64,000 bases of DNA, from assembly GCA_051362555.1 (NCBI GenBank), contig CM120644.1, forward strand, positions 8,130,954 to 8,194,953, in the 5' to 3' direction. The stretch comes from Lingula anatina. Taxonomy: Eukaryota; Animalia; Brachiopoda. Position 1 is the stretch's first letter. Each line of letters begins with the position of its first letter. The position numbers and the translations under genes were made by a program. Positions 36,305-49,455 of this stretch are shown piece by piece. The notes under the pieces are model-generated. The model worked only from the letters and a program-made list of their open reading frames with translations, did not search any database and was not told where the DNA came from.

Positions 36305-39300
36305 ATGACGAAGTTTGGCGACGGCTGGTGGTTCCTTTCTGTTTTGGCTGCAATGCTGGTCATTGGTGGCCGGTCAACTACAGGTTGGTCACTGTTAAGA
36401 TGCTGTTAACTACTTATTTTCCTAATGCTTCCATTTTGTTATAGTTTTATTAACATATATTTAGGCCATATTAACTCCACCAACTTAAGTACAATTATGA
36501 ATTTGTTTTCGTTACGCTTATTGTATATATTTATATGGAATAAATTATCTATCTATCTACATGTATAAAAAACTTACGAGAATATTTCATGTAGAAGACG
36601 AATTAAGGATTTAGATCTTGACGTAGATAAATGGAACTCAACTGAGTTCCCAGGGTTAAAAATAACTGAAACGACTCGACTTACTGACAATCAAACGTAT
36701 ATATGTATTCCACAGTTCTTTTCTTTCTTAACAAATTCATAACATATTGTTTAACATATTATATTAAACATATTCAATATTGCTGTTAAAATTGTATAAC
36801 TTTAACACATGATAAAGATACCCGATAGTAACCATTGTGATATAACATTATCAACTGCAGTCGGTATTTTCAATTGCACGCACAATATGGTCACTCCAAT
36901 GACTAACAGCAGTTTGCTTGGACTCAAAAAGTTTGAACATTTTATGAGGGCGGCAGAGACTTAAATATTTTGAATATCGATTTTGCTTGCATTTCATCAT
37001 TTGCAAAGAGATCCCATGCTGTTCAAGATTCCGCACCCAAGGTTATGAGTTTGCTGTTTTTAAAACTAGAATTGGTAGACTGCAGTAGCATTTAGTGTTA
37101 CCCCAATTATGCTTTTGTACAGCACAGTGTATCCGTGTCAATTTCAGTAAAAAATTTAGTCAATTAGTACATCTTCATATACAATTCACCTTGAAATACC
37201 ATTTTACCTAGGCAAAAATGACACGATTGCAATTGATTCTTGTTGAATAGATCATGAAACAAATCTTCAGCCTTAGAAATTGTGTATTTCGGGTGGCCAG
37301 GGTGCTGGAATATATTGGCTATCCACCAGGTGTTCTCACGCCACCGGTTATTTCTCCTATTTCAGCATAACCCTGAATTTTGCTCGAAAGTCGCTTTAAA
37401 TTGCTTCATTATTGTTCACTGTTGTCATTATTGCAGTCTTATTGTATAGAGTTTATATTACCGTCAGTGTATCCGCAGTTGCCAAGGTTAGGGTTGTCAT
37501 GTGTTTTTTATTTGAAAATACTTGGAATATACACGTATTCCGTCAGCGCAATTTTCCAGGTCTTGACGAGGATAGTCGAGAAAATAGGCTATTACTTATC
37601 GGAATTTCCCCTATAGTGAAACTAATTATGTTGTTGTTTTTGTGCAATGAACTCAATTGCTTATTAATCAACAATTAGTGTATATATCCTTTTTCCGTAT
37701 CGTGCCTTTTTTCCTGAGGTAGTAGTAATATCTAAGTGATTCTGATACCTGAGTTATTTTAGTAATACTTCAGTAATAATTATATATGTTGTGCTGCTCT
37801 CAGCATTTTGTGTCCTTTCCCTACAACAGATACAAACCATTAAAAGTGGGTAACTTTTTCACTAATTCATTTTATTATTATTATCCCAGTTTCGTCTACA
37901 TGTAAGTACCGGTATACTGGATGCCTATGACCATGTACCCACACTAGTACATGTAACAGTAACAGTCCTCTCTTTCTGTGTCATATAAACATCTTCATAC
38001 ATTCTAGATTTTACCTCAAGCACCACGCCACGAGAAACGAAACGAAATGCCCTTCTTGGTATTGCCGTAAATAATTTCATATAATCAGACGATCTCATAG
38101 CAGAAAAATTAACCTTCAAGCATTATACACTTCATGCATAAGTACCGGTATATTTTATAATGCCCTTTACGGCATGTTGGGTGTATGTTGCGTCCAAAAT
38201 TGGGCCAATTGGATAGATGCTGACGTACGACTGGGCGTATACAGTTTTCCCCTTGATCTTTGCGAGTTTCGGCATCCCAGTCACCGGAAATTACACTTTC
38301 AGTGGCTGTTGTGTCTCCTATTTCGTCATAACCTGGATATTTCATCGACATTTGCGTTTTCGCATGTTTCATTTTATTCTGCTACAGTTTTAATTATCTT
38401 TTATTGACTTTATATTACCGTCACTGTTTATATAACCTGGGTAAACTGTTATATGTTTCCTTACCTCCGCGAAGGATCTCAGGGTTATGTATTCACCTCC
38501 TATTGTCTGTATGTCTGTATGTCTGTTTGTATGTGTGTTTGTATGGATGTTTGTTTGTTTGTTTGTTTGTTTTTTGTAAGTATTCGTCATGTACCTCAAA
38601 AATTAAGGCTTAATTGTTTTTGATTAAATTTTCGACGTAGGTCAGATATGGACTAACTTAAAAGTGATTACATTTTGATAGTCGTCTGTCTATTAATTTG
38701 TCTGTTAACTATTCAGTATGTTTGTCTGTTATCGACATTATTAAAAAAAATTACGGAGGGATTTTGGTAAATTTTCAGGAAAGGCTGGGAATGGGCTGTA
38801 TTGGGGTGGTGATAACAGAGTTAAATTTAATGGTTAAAATATACGAAACAATCCAACCAATTAATCATTTAATTTATCAAATAAATAATAATGTGGAATA
38901 ATGTGAAATTAACATAAAAATAATTAATGCTGTGGATATACGGCTCATTTCTTTATGTCGAAAGGTGTTGAACATCACGGGATGAACATGAATGCCCTGG
39001 CGTGGACCTAACTATCTGAGAACACTTTACATATATTACACAGTTTTTATGCATTTTATTATACTTTTCTTCTTGTTTTACATTTTGTACTGTTAATAGT
39101 CATGTACGATCCAACAACTTTAAATTTCAAGGAATAGCTATACTGTCTGTAGTATTGTCTGACTCAGGAACGTACCCATAGTTGATTGTGACTGGTGAGG
39201 ATCCCCGGAAAGACCATGAACTAAAGTCCCTATATTTGTTTGGATCAATTGGACATACAGGGGGTATTTGTTGTCTGTCAAAGGCTTACGCTCCTGTCCA

Positions 39301-42300
39301 CATGCGATTGGTTATTTACAATTTTCTCCTTGAACTTTGCGGTTTTCGGCATCCCACACGCCTCTTATGACATGTACGCTTTCAGCGGTTGTTTTGTCTT
39401 TTGTTTCGTTATAATTTTGAGATTTGATCCAAATCGTATCGTTTTAATCCTCTCATAATATTATTCAAACTTTCCTCCAAATATCAGTAGCCAAAATAAT
39501 GATAAAATATATCCAGATATGCCCTGAAACACCATTGCTAAATCAAGGAATGGGGTTTAGTTAGCTATTTTAGTATAATTTAGTATAATTGCCTGTGAAG
39601 ACCCCTGTACAAAAAAGAAATGGCACTCGTCTATCTATTTTAAACGCAATTCATTGCAAGTTCCAATAAATACATGCGGAAGATGGTACATGTACTAACA
39701 ATGTCTTATGGCACCATGTCTTTCGGGTAGCCATCATGTATCCGAGTTGTTTCTGCCAAATCGAAGTTTTTTTTGAAAATTTTCTGTCCAATAAGTGTCA
39801 TTGGTCGGTGGCGACCCTGCACTTATACGTTTGTTTTGGCTGTTTTATCATTTTTTAACAAGTAAGTTCTAAATGTTCCCCGTAATGTGAAAAGAACTCT
39901 TGTTCAGTACTGTGAGGGTTATCTTGCTATGTATATCGACCCGCTCTTAACAGGATAAAAGCATGCATCAAGCGTACTTCATCGTACACTATATCTGGCA
40001 TAATCGTCGCGTTGTGATAAAAAAAAATTACTCAGAAGTCTGTAATTAGAACAATAAACAGTCAAAATTATATGGACAGAGTCTCAAGTAAGGAGATATG
40101 AAGAATAAGGTCGCCAGCCCAAGAAAGCCACACAATATTCCTCTTGAGTGTATTGAAGAAAAATTATAACCAACTGAAGACATCCTTACAAAAACGAAAC
40201 CTAATTTAAGTTCAAATTCATAACTTTTGAGACTATGGATTGATTTGAGTCAACCTGAACGACTGTACTTAAACATGTATCCATACAGGGTCTGCACTTT
40301 TGTTATATCGTTATATCTTAAGTTAGAAACTAAATACATGTACATTGCCCAATAAAACGATAATTCTTCGATCTTTTCGATGGGGAAAAATAATTCTCCT
40401 GGTGGAAAATCCATTTTCATCGATTATATCGAAATGCGACATCGTCCAGTGACCCTTCGCATCGAAAATAGCGAGGAGACACTCGGACATTTTCCGATAA
40501 CCATCATCAGGCTATGCTTTTCCTTTTTCTTTATGGGAGGGATATCAATAGCACTGGAAAACAGAAATATGCCAGGAAGCATCCCAAATGTTGCGGAGAG
40601 GTACTTTGTTTCCTTATCTTCAAATCACCTGACAAAGAGAAGTTGAAGGAGTTTAAACAATTATTAAAAACAAAGATCAGTTGGCGAAATTGATCAAGAA
40701 CATACATCTTGCAAAAACGGTCCTTTTAGGGTTCCGAATGCTAAGCAAACATGTTCATTTATTTCAAACATCAATAAATGTTCATTTATTTCAATGAAAG
40801 AAATATGCAAAATTGACCTCTTGTATCTGCAATATACGTCCTCGATTTAGTGTTTAAAAAACCTCCAAATTAAGCCAGCATACAGACAGTGCGATGATAG
40901 ACACCGTGTATTGAATATTGATTAAAATGGAAATATTTTTGTTAGATAATAACAATAAAAGTAAGCAGACAAAATGATGAAAAAAAAAAAAAAACAAATT
41001 ATGAACGATTGGGACCCTACGTTTCCCAGTTGTTACTGGTGTTTTACCTACCGACATTAAATTGAATTTGGTTTAACAAAAAATGAAAATATGTTGAGTT
41101 AGATCATACAACAGTAAAAGATTGTACACAGAACAAAATAATGGTTGTTTAAAAATCCAGGTATAACAAATAATCGTTCTCCTCTGAAAATCCGATCTCT
41201 TCTGTCCTGTTACATGCTACTACATATGTAACCCAGTTATTGCATGCTTCCATAAGGGTTTCGTTATTATGACTACAAACCTGACTTTTCCTAGCACAAA
41301 CATGAAAATAAAGAAATAAAAATCAATCAAATAAAGTGATCTGTAAATATTACTTAAGTTTTTCAAACTAGAAGAAGAGAGAAAGAGTGAGACTATGGTT
41401 CGGCTTTATTTTTAAATGTCCGAAAATTAATCATTTTCGGGTACCGTGTGCGCAATGTGCGTATAAAATTTTGGTTGTTTTAATAATTAAATATCTGTGG
41501 AAATTTCTCTCAAGTTTCCATTAAAAAACACTAGAATTAGTGGACTTTTAAACTGTGTACAGACCAGGACGTCAAGGGAGGACAAAGGGTAAAGCAATAA
41601 TGATATAAATAGCATATCCTGCCTTATGTCAGTAACCAGGCTGTTCACAGGTATTTCATCAGACTCAACAACTTTTCTGTCTTTATCAAGCTCCAATCTT
41701 CCACAGGGACTTAATATAATCCATCTTTCCATAATCTTTCGTGTAACCACTTTGATTTCTGAAGTCCCCAGCTATAATTATCTTACCGACCAGCTCAATG
41801 TCACCAGGTAAGTTAACCTCGTTTGGAATATTAACCAATGACATTCCTATTCAAGGGGCCACAACGTGCTCACCAGGTAATATAAATATAGAATTGTCAC
41901 TTTTTTAAATATGTCACACTAACACCTGGATATTCGGAATTTTTAAATTCAATTATTCAGCAGACTTTTATAAATTATCTCTTCTTTTACGACAGCTACA
42001 CTGAAGCAATGTATTTCTTATTACAAATTCAGTATAATTACTGCATAAACGCAGATATCCGGTAGAGATATTTGCGTTTTACTACATATAGAGCTTTTGA
42101 TTAATCTCTTCGCTTTTTACGGGAACTATTTGATCAATTTTCGCAAGTCTGTGGGCCTTGGTATCTATTTCAAATGTTTGATTTGACCTTCAAAACGAAC
42201 CACCATACCATCACTGTCGAATTCAAATGTTACCTGTGTAGCCAGTTTCAAGTTAATTGAGTAGTTAATTAATCAGCTTTCACAAATCCCGCACGTATCA

Positions 42301-45300
42301 GATGAGGTGATCTTTGTTCAGGTACGCAGATTTGCATGACTCGCGATAACATCTAATTGACGATATTAGCGCGAAGATTCTTATTGTCGACGGCTACAGT
42401 TGCACTGGCTTTCCAGATTTTAACGATCTTCTTAGCAAGTCAACCCATACTAACTATCGAATTTTTTGAAATTAGAATAGTGCAAAAGTTGCAATTCATC
42501 GAATTTTATGATTTACAAAAATTCAATTTGCAGAGAAATTAAAAAATCGAAAAGATCGCATTATCGAAAAGATCGAAGAATTACCGTAATCAAAGGTGAA
42601 GAAATAAACAAGGTAGCGTTTCGATATTTCAGTCCCTGGATTAACCGCAATGACGACAGCAAACTCCACAGAATCGGTAGGAGTCGATCGCCCCGACGAT
42701 ACCTCCCAGAACAACACCCAAACGGACAAAAATACAGAGATGGCAACCATTCCATATTCCCAGAGCCCGGCAGAGTATCCTTGGGGCGCATTGGAAGGAA
42801 AACCCGCAAATGAATCCAATGACGAAACCCAGGAAGGGACGACTAGAGAGGAGGACTCAACCAATCCCTACGCTGCTGTTTCGCCGCACGGCATGATGGA
42901 TCCGTCGGGATCAGAGAGCAATACCAACATGGCGACCGAGTGGCCCTCGGAGGAGTTGCTCTCACTTGGCACAGTGGACGGTCTGGCAATGACACCTCTG
43001 CGCTGGCAGTGCAGTATAACCACCACTGGTAAAACGCACGGCTTTCACTTCAAGCTGTACTGTTATTGTGATGCATTATGCCACGTCTTCAATGATTGCT
43101 GCCTTGGTGTCTCTAACAGGTGCAACACCTCTACGGACGACAGGTCTACCCCGCTGCAAATGACAACGCGGCTCGACAATACATCTACCCCTGGTGACGC
43201 AGTTAACATCTCAGCTACTCACGTAGAGCAAAATGCCTCCAAAAGTATCAACTTCGATGTGAATAATGAAGGCGACTTCAATGTAAGCAGCAGAAAGAAT
43301 AACACTGAAGTTGGAACAGATGTAAACCAAGCATCGTCTCGTAGTTTAAATGCGAAACCGGCGTCGATTAGCCTCCCTCAGAAGAAAGCCCAGTCGCCAT
43401 CTCTTGCGGACACCGCAAGTTCGATTGCGAATAAATTATCCTGCTACACACCGGGGTTCATAAATAACATCCCCGAGGTTACCAAAGGTCCTGTATTACA
43501 CATTGGACATTATTGGATGGTGGACCAGTGTCCACACGAGTGGACAGACGATGTCGTTAGGGAGCTGTGCTCGGCCGCCTACACCAATATCAATACGCAG
43601 AGAGATGTGGCCATCAACCAACCTGTGACTGATGAGAGCACTTCGATTGCCTATAAAAACAGATTCTGCGCATTGTGCCACGGGGTGGAACTCGGTAAAA
43701 AGTGGGAATTATACGTTTCTTGTCGGTATACATCAGTTTTGAACCTTTTGGAATGCAGGTCATTCGACTGCGCTATCGAGAAAATACGCGAAAATGAATA
43801 CAACTGCAATGGACATTTTAAACCCGATCTTAGCAGCAGAGCGCTGCTATGCTTTCCTGGCTTGACGGATGGTGAATACCCGGAATGTACCTATGACATT
43901 GTTGAAGGCCGCGTCACATGGTCCAACTATAAACACGACACACCTCTACAGAAGGCTTGCAAGGCTTACACAAACCCAGTACAGATTGCTTCAACCAAAA
44001 TCTTGTATAAGAACTACCACTGCCTGCTGTGCTACAGTGGCTTGAAGCATTTTGGGTGCAGGGGTAAGGCATCGATATCGTTTGTATGTTCTTTATCATT
44101 TCTATTAAAAACATGTTAAGCTAAATCATATTTAAACTAGATACTTTTTGACATTCAAAACGGCTACAATTTAAAAGTATGACTAGAAATTGTTAGAATA
44201 TAGCTTAGCTTTTTATGTAAATTTGCAACTTGTTCCAACACTTTTTTTCACGTTTTTCCCAAAAATTTATTCATATTGAACGTGTATTTTCCTATAAGCA
44301 AGTATAAAAATCGGATTCGGTGTAACGTGACAGAAATTCCCCCATAGCAGAGAGTCCGCTTCCTACTCATTTGTACAGGTGAGCCTCGCTCTAGCTTTTG
44401 ACCCACTTAGGTCAGACTAACCCTAACCATTATAACTATGTGGAGGGTGGACTTCCTGTTACACGGACCCTCGGTTTCGTTACACCGGTTCCGGCTCCTT
44501 TTGTGCGATTCCCCATCAAGGAATAGATAAGTGCGCCGCCAGAATTCTTTTTTTTTATTTTGCACTTAAAACATTCATGGATATTTACCAATCTCATAAT
44601 TTCTTATAAACATTCATTGCTCTGTTCAAATGTCACAGCCACGTGGACTAACGCTCTTTCAGTTACCGACATAATATCATAAAAAAACAACCTTTCAGTA
44701 TGTTACATGCATTCAATTTAATATGAAAATATGTGTGAAGTTTATCCCATTTGATAAAGATGATTGTTAACTGTGCTGACTATATTTCAGAAAATCCGGC
44801 AACAGATCCGACTGGGCAGTTTGCATTTGACGCCTTTTCTTTCAGCGCCTTCCTTTACACTGGCGCTATCGAGGAGAAACAAGAGTCAGACGGAACCCAG
44901 GTAAGCTCAGTGTCTGTACCTTAGCAACAGGTACCTGTATCTAGGCAGCAGGTCCCTGAATCTTGGCAACAGGTGCCTGTTTCTAGGCAACAGGCGTATA
45001 CGTTAATTTAACCAAGACTTATGAATGGCTACACCGTACCGTCTTTGCCTGAACTTCAATGTGGCCGAATACTAGTGGAACTAAACGTGCAATCTCACAC
45101 TGTACACGTTTGAATCTTGCCGTGAAACGTGCTTCGAATCATATAGATAACAATAAGGGTTATTAATACATGTAGTTAGGGAATTTTTGAGTACCATGAC
45201 TTGCGAATATACTCCATTAACAAATAACAATACCCATAACGATGTCTTTGTAATTCAGGACTTCGAAAGTGGTTTGATGTGTCCGCCTGGCTTCTTGGCG

Positions 45301-45840
45301 GATGGACAGACCTGTCAGCCCGTTCTCTACAACTTCACCCAAGCAAACTACCTACTGATACTTGAGTTCGAACCCCTTGGCTGGTCGCCCTCCGATCCTT
45401 TCCAATGCCAGACCCTCCGACGAGAAATCGAGGTCAAGCCCTCTGGCACCGTGGCCCACCCCTCGCTGCAGTTGTGCGAAATCATGACCGACCCGGTTAC
45501 TGGCAACGTCACAGTTATCCTTAAAACACCGGTGACTTTCATCGAAGTTCTGGCAGATTATGGGCAGGGTTTGAAAGAATTGGCGTGTATCCGGTCTTTC
45601 TATGAGGATGAGCTGAAGTCCAAAGAAATATCTCTACCAGAAGGAAGACTCCGCGTGCGCCGTACTTCACAGGACACAGAGCACTGCCCGCGCCGAGCTG
45701 ATGAGGATGACGGCAAGGTAGATGGTGATCGCAAACCAGAAAAACGACCAGCGCAAAAGAAAAGCCGTGCCTTGGTTATTGCCAGTGAAATCTTGTTGAT
45801 CATGGCGATGTTCTTACTCTGTCGCGTGGTAATCTGGTAA
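36305..45840 (+). CDS. Secreted or membrane-anchored Cys-rich protein with a somatomedin-B-like motif (~733 aa); resembles an invertebrate adhesion/Mth-like GPCR ectodomain without the 7TM
   Basis: Phase-compatible exons: 36305-36383 (MTKFGDGWWFLSVLAAMLVIGG, signal-like); 42633-44063 (Thr/Ser/acidic stalk, CYCDALCHVFNDCC, WMVDQCP..C..PVTD..YKNRFCALCHG, second YKNYHCLLC); 44791-44900 (FSFSAFL); 45259-45840 (CPPGF..TCQP, hydrophobic C-terminus). The exon 1 link is inferred across a 6.2-kb intron. Confidence 0.8.
38459..39030 (+). mobile_element. Non-autonomous Helentron/HINE (DINE-1-like) style element
   Basis: Begins TTACCTCCGCGAAGG..GGTTATGTATTCACC, then a (GTCT/GTTT)n microsatellite and two diverged core units, and ends in a degenerate complement CCCTGGCGTGGA..CTGAG..TTT. 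Confidence 0.5.
40358..42586. mobile_element. ~2.2-kb non-autonomous TIR element in intron 1 of the SMB-like gene
   Basis: Inverted ends CGATAATTCTTCGATCTTTTCGAT / ATCGAAAAGATCGAAGAATTACCG, TA on the right flank, ATCGA-rich subtermini; no transposase ORF seen. Confidence 0.65.
44319..44488. mobile_element. Short inverted-repeat element (MITE-like)
   Basis: CGGTGTAACG ... CGTTACACCG ends, an internal CCTGTTACACGG and a TAACCCTAACC tract. Confidence 0.45.
44910..44993 (+). repeat. Four 21-bp tandem units just inside an intron 5' end
   Basis: Consensus GTNCCTGTWTCTWGGCAACAG x4. Confidence 0.85.
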
Positions 45841-48800
45841 TGGCACCGCGTAACCAAATCAGCCCGTTGTTGTTACCAACTCTGCGCAACCAGACGCACG
45901 TGTAATCAACGTATTTTACTCAAGATCATTTATGTATAATATTTTGGTGGTTATATATTTTTTCTTCTTTGCCTTATAAAAAAAAGTAAGTTGTCTGGCA
46001 GACAGGCCGTGGCTGATCATCTCCATATACTTCTGTTGTTCATCATCGTTGTTTATGGTTAGTATGGACTCATCAAAAAACACAAAATGACGCGTTTCAC
46101 TGTACGGTCCATGAAATAGCTCTTGCAGCCTACGGTGCTCTGTTCATCAGGTCTACCAAAGTGATAAGTGGGTTTCTCCTGGCAACCTTAGTGTTAATTC
46201 AAGCAGTCCAATTTATTTACAAGGAGCAAGTTGCGCGACCACTATATCGCCTATACTTCGCACGAAATAAGTTGAGACTACTGGAAACTTAGTGCAATGA
46301 GTAAAGTGACACAGAAAATCATATCACAAACCAATGTTTTTATTCAAGGAATTCTTGGTTAATGTTGCAGTCAAGTTCTTAAATGTCAGGAAACGTTTTA
46401 TACATAAAAGGCGTGTTAACACCCCCGTTTCCTTGGGTGTGGTGTTCTCCGGTTGGCCGTTAAAGGATATCTTGTCCATCTCCCTGTTTAGGTATAATGT
46501 TGTCCAACGCTCGAAATGGTTCTCATGGAATAACCAAACCTTCTGGCAATTTGGCGGATCAACACTCCCTCCTATATATGTCAACCGATCGGCAAAAAAA
46601 CGTATCTCACTCACTTAGGAGTCTCATATTAAAATGTAATTGGTGTTGGGGTATTCCAATGGTCACGCCAGGTAGGTCAGTGCTCCACTTCTCACGTCCT
46701 CCATTTACACTGTGATCAGTTGCCTGGATGTTACATTGTTAGACTAGTAAACTGAGCGAAAAAAATGGCTTAACCCAGGACTAATTGCAAAAAAATTGTA
46801 ATGATCTTTTTTAGAAAGCTTTAAATATCCAAATTTAAACATATTAAAAATCTAGAAAAATCTAAGTAGTGGAAAAGGGTTTTTAAAGGCGATTCTGTTC
46901 ATTCTCCCATGGTCTCTACACATTTTTGTCTTACTTATATATCGTATTAAATTAAGAGAAAGCGCCAATGTAAAACTTCCTGTATGAGAACACCTGTATG
47001 CTTCGAGAGAGAGAGAGAGAGAGAGAATTGTATACGGTTTCACTTTACCTAATAATGGTGACACACCCTCCAGGAATCACGAGCGGATTTGTGTCGAAAT
47101 CACTTGTCTTGTAAATCAAGGTGACTTTGACCCCCAAAACTATAAATCATTAGGCTTACGTTAACTTATTTCCTTTTTATTTCCTTCACTGTGGTTTCAT
47201 GTAATCCTTAGTGTCACTTGACTGAAAAAACAACGTCTTTTATGTTCCAATGCCGTGTGACACTGAGACAGGCTCCTCGTAGTGTCCTCGCTTTGAATTA
47301 TAGGGTTTCAAGGTTGTATCTTTGTAAGTGAGGCCACCGCATTTATCTTTAAATCTACCTGGCGGCACACTAGCAAATCATTTATCTGATTAAAGTTTAA
47401 TATTCATTCGTACATGTTATTTTGAATGCACTTAATTGTGCGGTTCGCAAATGATGATTTAATATGCACACACGAGGGGGAAGTACCAATGTCCTACTTA
47501 TTTTTCTTTGGCAGTTTCAAAACAATTCAGTATAGAATGAGATGAAATGTACCGGACATGCACGGATTTGTAATATCTTTTGCAGTGGAGTATTTAAGAC
47601 GGTCTTTCAGCACACGTACAGACCTTGAAATGTACGTAATACTAAAGATGTGTTTCCTCTCCCAGCTAGCTACTGTTATTAAATTCTGATGTTTTAACTC
47701 CATTCACGTCTCTTAACGGCTGCGTTTTACGCTTTTCAATTATTTATTGTACGAAAAAACTTAGTAAGCATCAAAAGAGAAGACTTTAAAAAATGGTGTT
47801 TATATTAAGGTATGAAAGTTGTCTATGTTATATTAAGTTCACGTTTTAAGCACTGCTATCTGCGGAAAACTGTAGTCCTGAGAAGTCCCGTGGACTTGAA
47901 GGCAGATAGACAGTCACAGTAGCATTTTTCTGTATATACTAAAACGATTCACCGGCCCAAAGCCAGCATTCATACTAGATATGTTTTATGCAAAAGGGGG
48001 TTATAACCGCCATTGCATTATATTGTTACATCATAATTATATCCGCAACTGCTCTGAAACCTAAATTGTGTTAGCGAAGATTCATGCAGCAATAGGTACG
48101 AGAGGTGTACTCTTATAACCCACTGTGATATGGTTTATTTGTAAAAAAGGCATCCGGATTAACTTGATCTGCGGGTCAAAACTTTCTGTGTATTTCTGCT
48201 CTGACTTTACGCAGTGCGTTTAAGACCATTTTTCTAACTCGGCTATGACAGCAGTTCTACTGCATGATTGGTGAGATAATAGTGCTTGTAGCGTTGGAGT
48301 CATTCTGGCGGTCATCGCATATAAGGCAGTGGTGTAATGCTAGTGATGCTGTGAGGGAATACTTCGAGAAATTAAAGGCCATTGGTGGATGAAAAACAAA
48401 CTTTGTTTGAATGAAAGTATAAGACACGTGTCTAGCGTATATTGCGTGAAGGAAGCATGCAGTTTGGGAATGCCCTTGTCTCCTCTTTCGACTGAATTGT
48501 ATACTATGATTTGTATTTTGTTTGTTTCTAATAGTTGAGCCCACTGCCTATATTATTTAACATCTCTGTTTTTCTCCTAGTCTCGAAGCTCCAAGTTCTT
48601 TGCAACTGGTAGTTCAAATCATTTAAAAGACACGAGTTACAACACAACGATTTCTTATGCAAGCTAGAGCATTTATTGTATTCTTTCATAATAACAATTT
48701 CAAGCAAATTAGAGAGCAAAATCAATAAAATCTGAATAAATACAAATGAAAATTACTTATGGAAAGATACTCTCCATACAGATTCGCTACTAAAGAGATT

Positions 48801-49455
48801 ATTAAAACCTACCCCACTTTTATAAGCCAATAACGTTAAAGAAATTTATACCGACATCACTCTGAATAATCATTTAAAAGTAAATTTGACAAATAACTGT
48901 ACCATGTGGTCCATTTGTCTTTTCTTAGTGGACGAACGTGCTTATTTATCATGCACGAAATGTTTAAATGTAAAATAAATAAATAAATAAATAAATAAAT
49001 AAAATAAAAGATAATCAATTGAAAATAACCAATAATAAAACAAACATTAGTTACCCAACTAAAAATAAATAGATTCATGCTTAATTAGATAAGGTAAAAA
49101 GAAAACACATTGTATTTAACTTAAGATAGTAATAATAATAATACATTAATTAATGAATGATGAAAACCAATTAATTAAATAAAATGAAATAAGTTGTGGA
49201 AAAATATACCATGGGCACCAATCATATGAAACTACATAAATGACAAAATTCATGATTAAGCTCCCAAAATATTACATGCACTATGTAAAAGCTACCTGCA
49301 GTTGTAATTATATCTTGTGTTTGATGCGAAAAAGAATGTGATGCACGCATATGCACAAGTGTAAACATGCGAAATTGTTCACTTACACGCTAGTAAAAGT
49401 TCACATTTAGTAGTTCTGGTATATTGCTTAAAGGTACACCTTTAAGCAAACGTGT

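Noticed and set aside
44417-44430. TAACCCTAACC as an interstitial telomere
   Set aside because: Only about two units, inside a short inverted-repeat element.
44910-44993. CRISPR-like array
   Set aside because: Head-to-tail units without unique spacers, eukaryotic intron context and no cas genes.
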